Shown piece by piece: positions 62,395 to 64,000 of a DNA stretch of 64,000 bases. The DNA lies in assembly GCA_001778695.1 (NCBI GenBank), contig MFHU01000003.1:1521-65520 (forward strand), given 5' to 3'. Position 1 is the stretch's first letter. Each line of letters opens with the position of its first letter. Source of the stretch: Candidatus Giovannonibacteria bacterium RIFCSPHIGHO2_12_FULL_44_22. GTDB lineage: Bacteria; Patescibacteriota; Minisyncoccia; UBA11713; 2-01-FULL-45-33. A program made the position numbers and the translations under genes. The notes beneath the pieces are model-generated. The model had not been told where the DNA came from and searched no databases. It saw nothing but the letters and a program-made list of their open reading frames with translations.

Positions 62395-63270
62395 TTAAGG
62401 CCAAACAACATGTACGTGGCTTGTCCCCCCGTCGCAATTAGAATATCGTATAGTGCCACCTGAATTTTCACAATAAGCTTGCCCACCAAGACCGCTAATT
62501 TGATTTCTTAATTGTAGAAAATCTGATGGCGTGTTGTTACGCGGAGTGCCGCCAGTTGGTGTTGCTGGTACTAAATCTACAACCGGCTTGCCTGACCCAT
62601 GCTCTTTATGACCGACTTCAGTTCCTCCTATTATAAAAAAGTTTAATCCTGTAGTTTTTAGATCCGTTAAGTGTTGAGCCGTTGAAATTGGCAATCCCAC
62701 AACACTAGTGCAGCCAGGGTCTGATTGAATATGGCAATTACTTCCGCTCTGATTTATAACTAATATGCCCGCTTTATTTAGAAAAGTCTCACCTTCAGTT
62801 TCGGTGCTGAATACCGCTCCAATTGGCTTTGGAATTGTAGTAATTCCTCCGCTCGGGGTTCCGCCGATTGGGGCGGTTTGTATTGCTACTGGGCATTGTT
62901 CCATTTCATTCCAGCTAATAATACCCTTCCCTTCGGCTAAAGTTTGAATTATGGAATTGACTATTAGCCATCCACCGAAAGCAATGAAAATCCCGACTAT
63001 TGAAGATGTTAAGATTTTTTTGCCTTTTTCAATTTGCGCTGGATTTCCGGAGCTAGTAAGCCATACAATTCCTCCAGCCAAGAGGGCAATCACTAAAATT
63101 GGAGTTGCCAATTGAAATAATAAAAAACTTACAATACGGCTTGACAGCAGCCATAAATGGCAAGGCGTGCACGGGATAAATTGCGTGCCGCAAGGAACAA
63201 GCGGTAGAGCGAAAACTGGCAATGCCAAAATCAATAAAAGACCGCTGATTAATAAAATTTTATTTTTCAT
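62395..63270 (-). CDS. Pilin-like membrane protein with a C-terminal putative Zn-peptidase domain
   Basis: LVPCG..C..CH, GGIVWLTSSGNPAQIEKGKK, then GGTE.GH..H..G...VD...HVHV. Confidence 0.78.
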   Translation of the reverse strand: MKNKILLISGLLLILALPVFALPLVPCGTQFIPCTPCHLWLLSSRIVSFLLFQLATPILVIALLAGGIVWLTSSGNPAQIEKGKKILTSSIVGIFIAFGGWLIVNSIIQTLAEGKGIISWNEMEQCPVAIQTAPIGGTPSGGITTIPKPIGAVFSTETEGETFLNKAGILVINQSGSNCHIQSDPGCTSVVGLPISTAQHLTDLKTTGLNFFIIGGTEVGHKEHGSGKPVVDLVPATPTGGTPRNNTPSDFLQLRNQISGLGGQAYCENSGGTIRYSNCDGGTSHVHVVWP

Positions 63271-64000
63271 TTTAATTCCATAAACCTGGCTTTAGCTTTT
63301 TCCAAAGAATCCCGCAAAGTGAATCGCCCAATAGCCATGTCTTCTATTAAAGTTCTGAAAATTTGGTCGGCGCGCTGGGGGTCGGGATTCGGCCAAAGCT
63401 TAAGCGCCAAAACCGAATTCGCGAAAACCGAGAGTATGGACTCTTTTTGATAAACCGGCAGGACATCGCGCCGCGGAGAAACATTTCCGGTTTTATCCGC
63501 ATAGCTGGCTGAATTTTCCGCGCTAGCCAAAAATTGTATGAATTGCCAGGCTTGCAGTTGCGCTTTTGAAGCCTTTGGCACGGCCAGGGCGAAAATTTCC
63601 CCGCCGGTCACGGGGCGCTGGGCCCCTGCCAATTGCGGCAAGAGCGCCACGGAAAAAGACAGATGCGCGTTTTTATTTTTTATTTCATTATATTCCGAAA
63701 TTTTGCCGAAATACATAGCCAGTTTTCCATTTATGAAAGCATCTCTGGCTTCCGGCAGCGCCCCCGACCAACTTTGAGAATTTTTCTTAGGATTCGCGAA
63801 ATCGATAACGAACTGCAAAGAAGATTCGGCAGGATGAAGCGTAACTTCGCCGATGTTAAGCGGTTCGTTTAGCGTGATTTCTCCGGAATCATTTATAATT
63901 TTTTCTCCGGATTGCAAAAAAAGCGTGGTTAAAATAAGCGGGGCGTTTTGTATGTTTTCCGCTCTGCCCAAAGCCGCTCCGGATATCACGATATTTCCGG
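63267..64000 (-). CDS. Extracellular solute-binding protein (sugar ABC type), partial
   Basis: AFINGKLAMYFG, VALLPQ, LAVPKAS and AWQFIQFL motifs; 5' end lies beyond the window. Confidence 0.85.
   Translation of the reverse strand, partial: GNIVISGAALGRAENIQNAPLILTTLFLQSGEKIINDSGEITLNEPLNIGEVTLHPAESSLQFVIDFANPKKNSQSWSGALPEARDAFINGKLAMYFGKISEYNEIKNKNAHLSFSVALLPQLAGAQRPVTGGEIFALAVPKASKAQLQAWQFIQFLASAENSASYADKTGNVSPRRDVLPVYQKESILSVFANSVLALKLWPNPDPQRADQIFRTLIEDMAIGRFTLRDSLEKAKARFMELK

Overview
This 64-kb window looks like a Patescibacteria/CPR (Parcubacteria-type) chromosome segment; the taxonomy is inferred from gene content and compact proteins. It carries housekeeping genes (rny, gpmI, clpP, hppA, nusA, valS, tsaD, rplS, infB, rbfA, uppS), a type IV pilus/competence cluster behind a two-component pair, a VirB2/TrbC-like pilin array, three toxin-antitoxin-type pairs, 15 tRNA genes, an extra group 1/2-like sigma70 and a divergent FtsZ. 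A 12.6-kb island (32258-44852) sits in tRNA-His and carries a large serine recombinase, a rolling-circle Rep-like gene, a type III R-M system and small cargo genes. Its att core lies inside the recombinase gene, so excision would swap the enzyme's C-terminus. The strongest unexplained signal is a 286-bp element whose only gene is an 85-aa GIY-YIG nuclease. It has perfect 22-bp terminal inverted repeats and a 4-bp target duplication, and it inserted into tRNA-Ala while regenerating the tRNA. A 30-bp non-autonomous copy with its own 4-bp duplication lies next to it. More than a dozen short palindromic elements from several families are also inserted in frame in conserved genes. All calls are by eye from motifs; no database searches were run.
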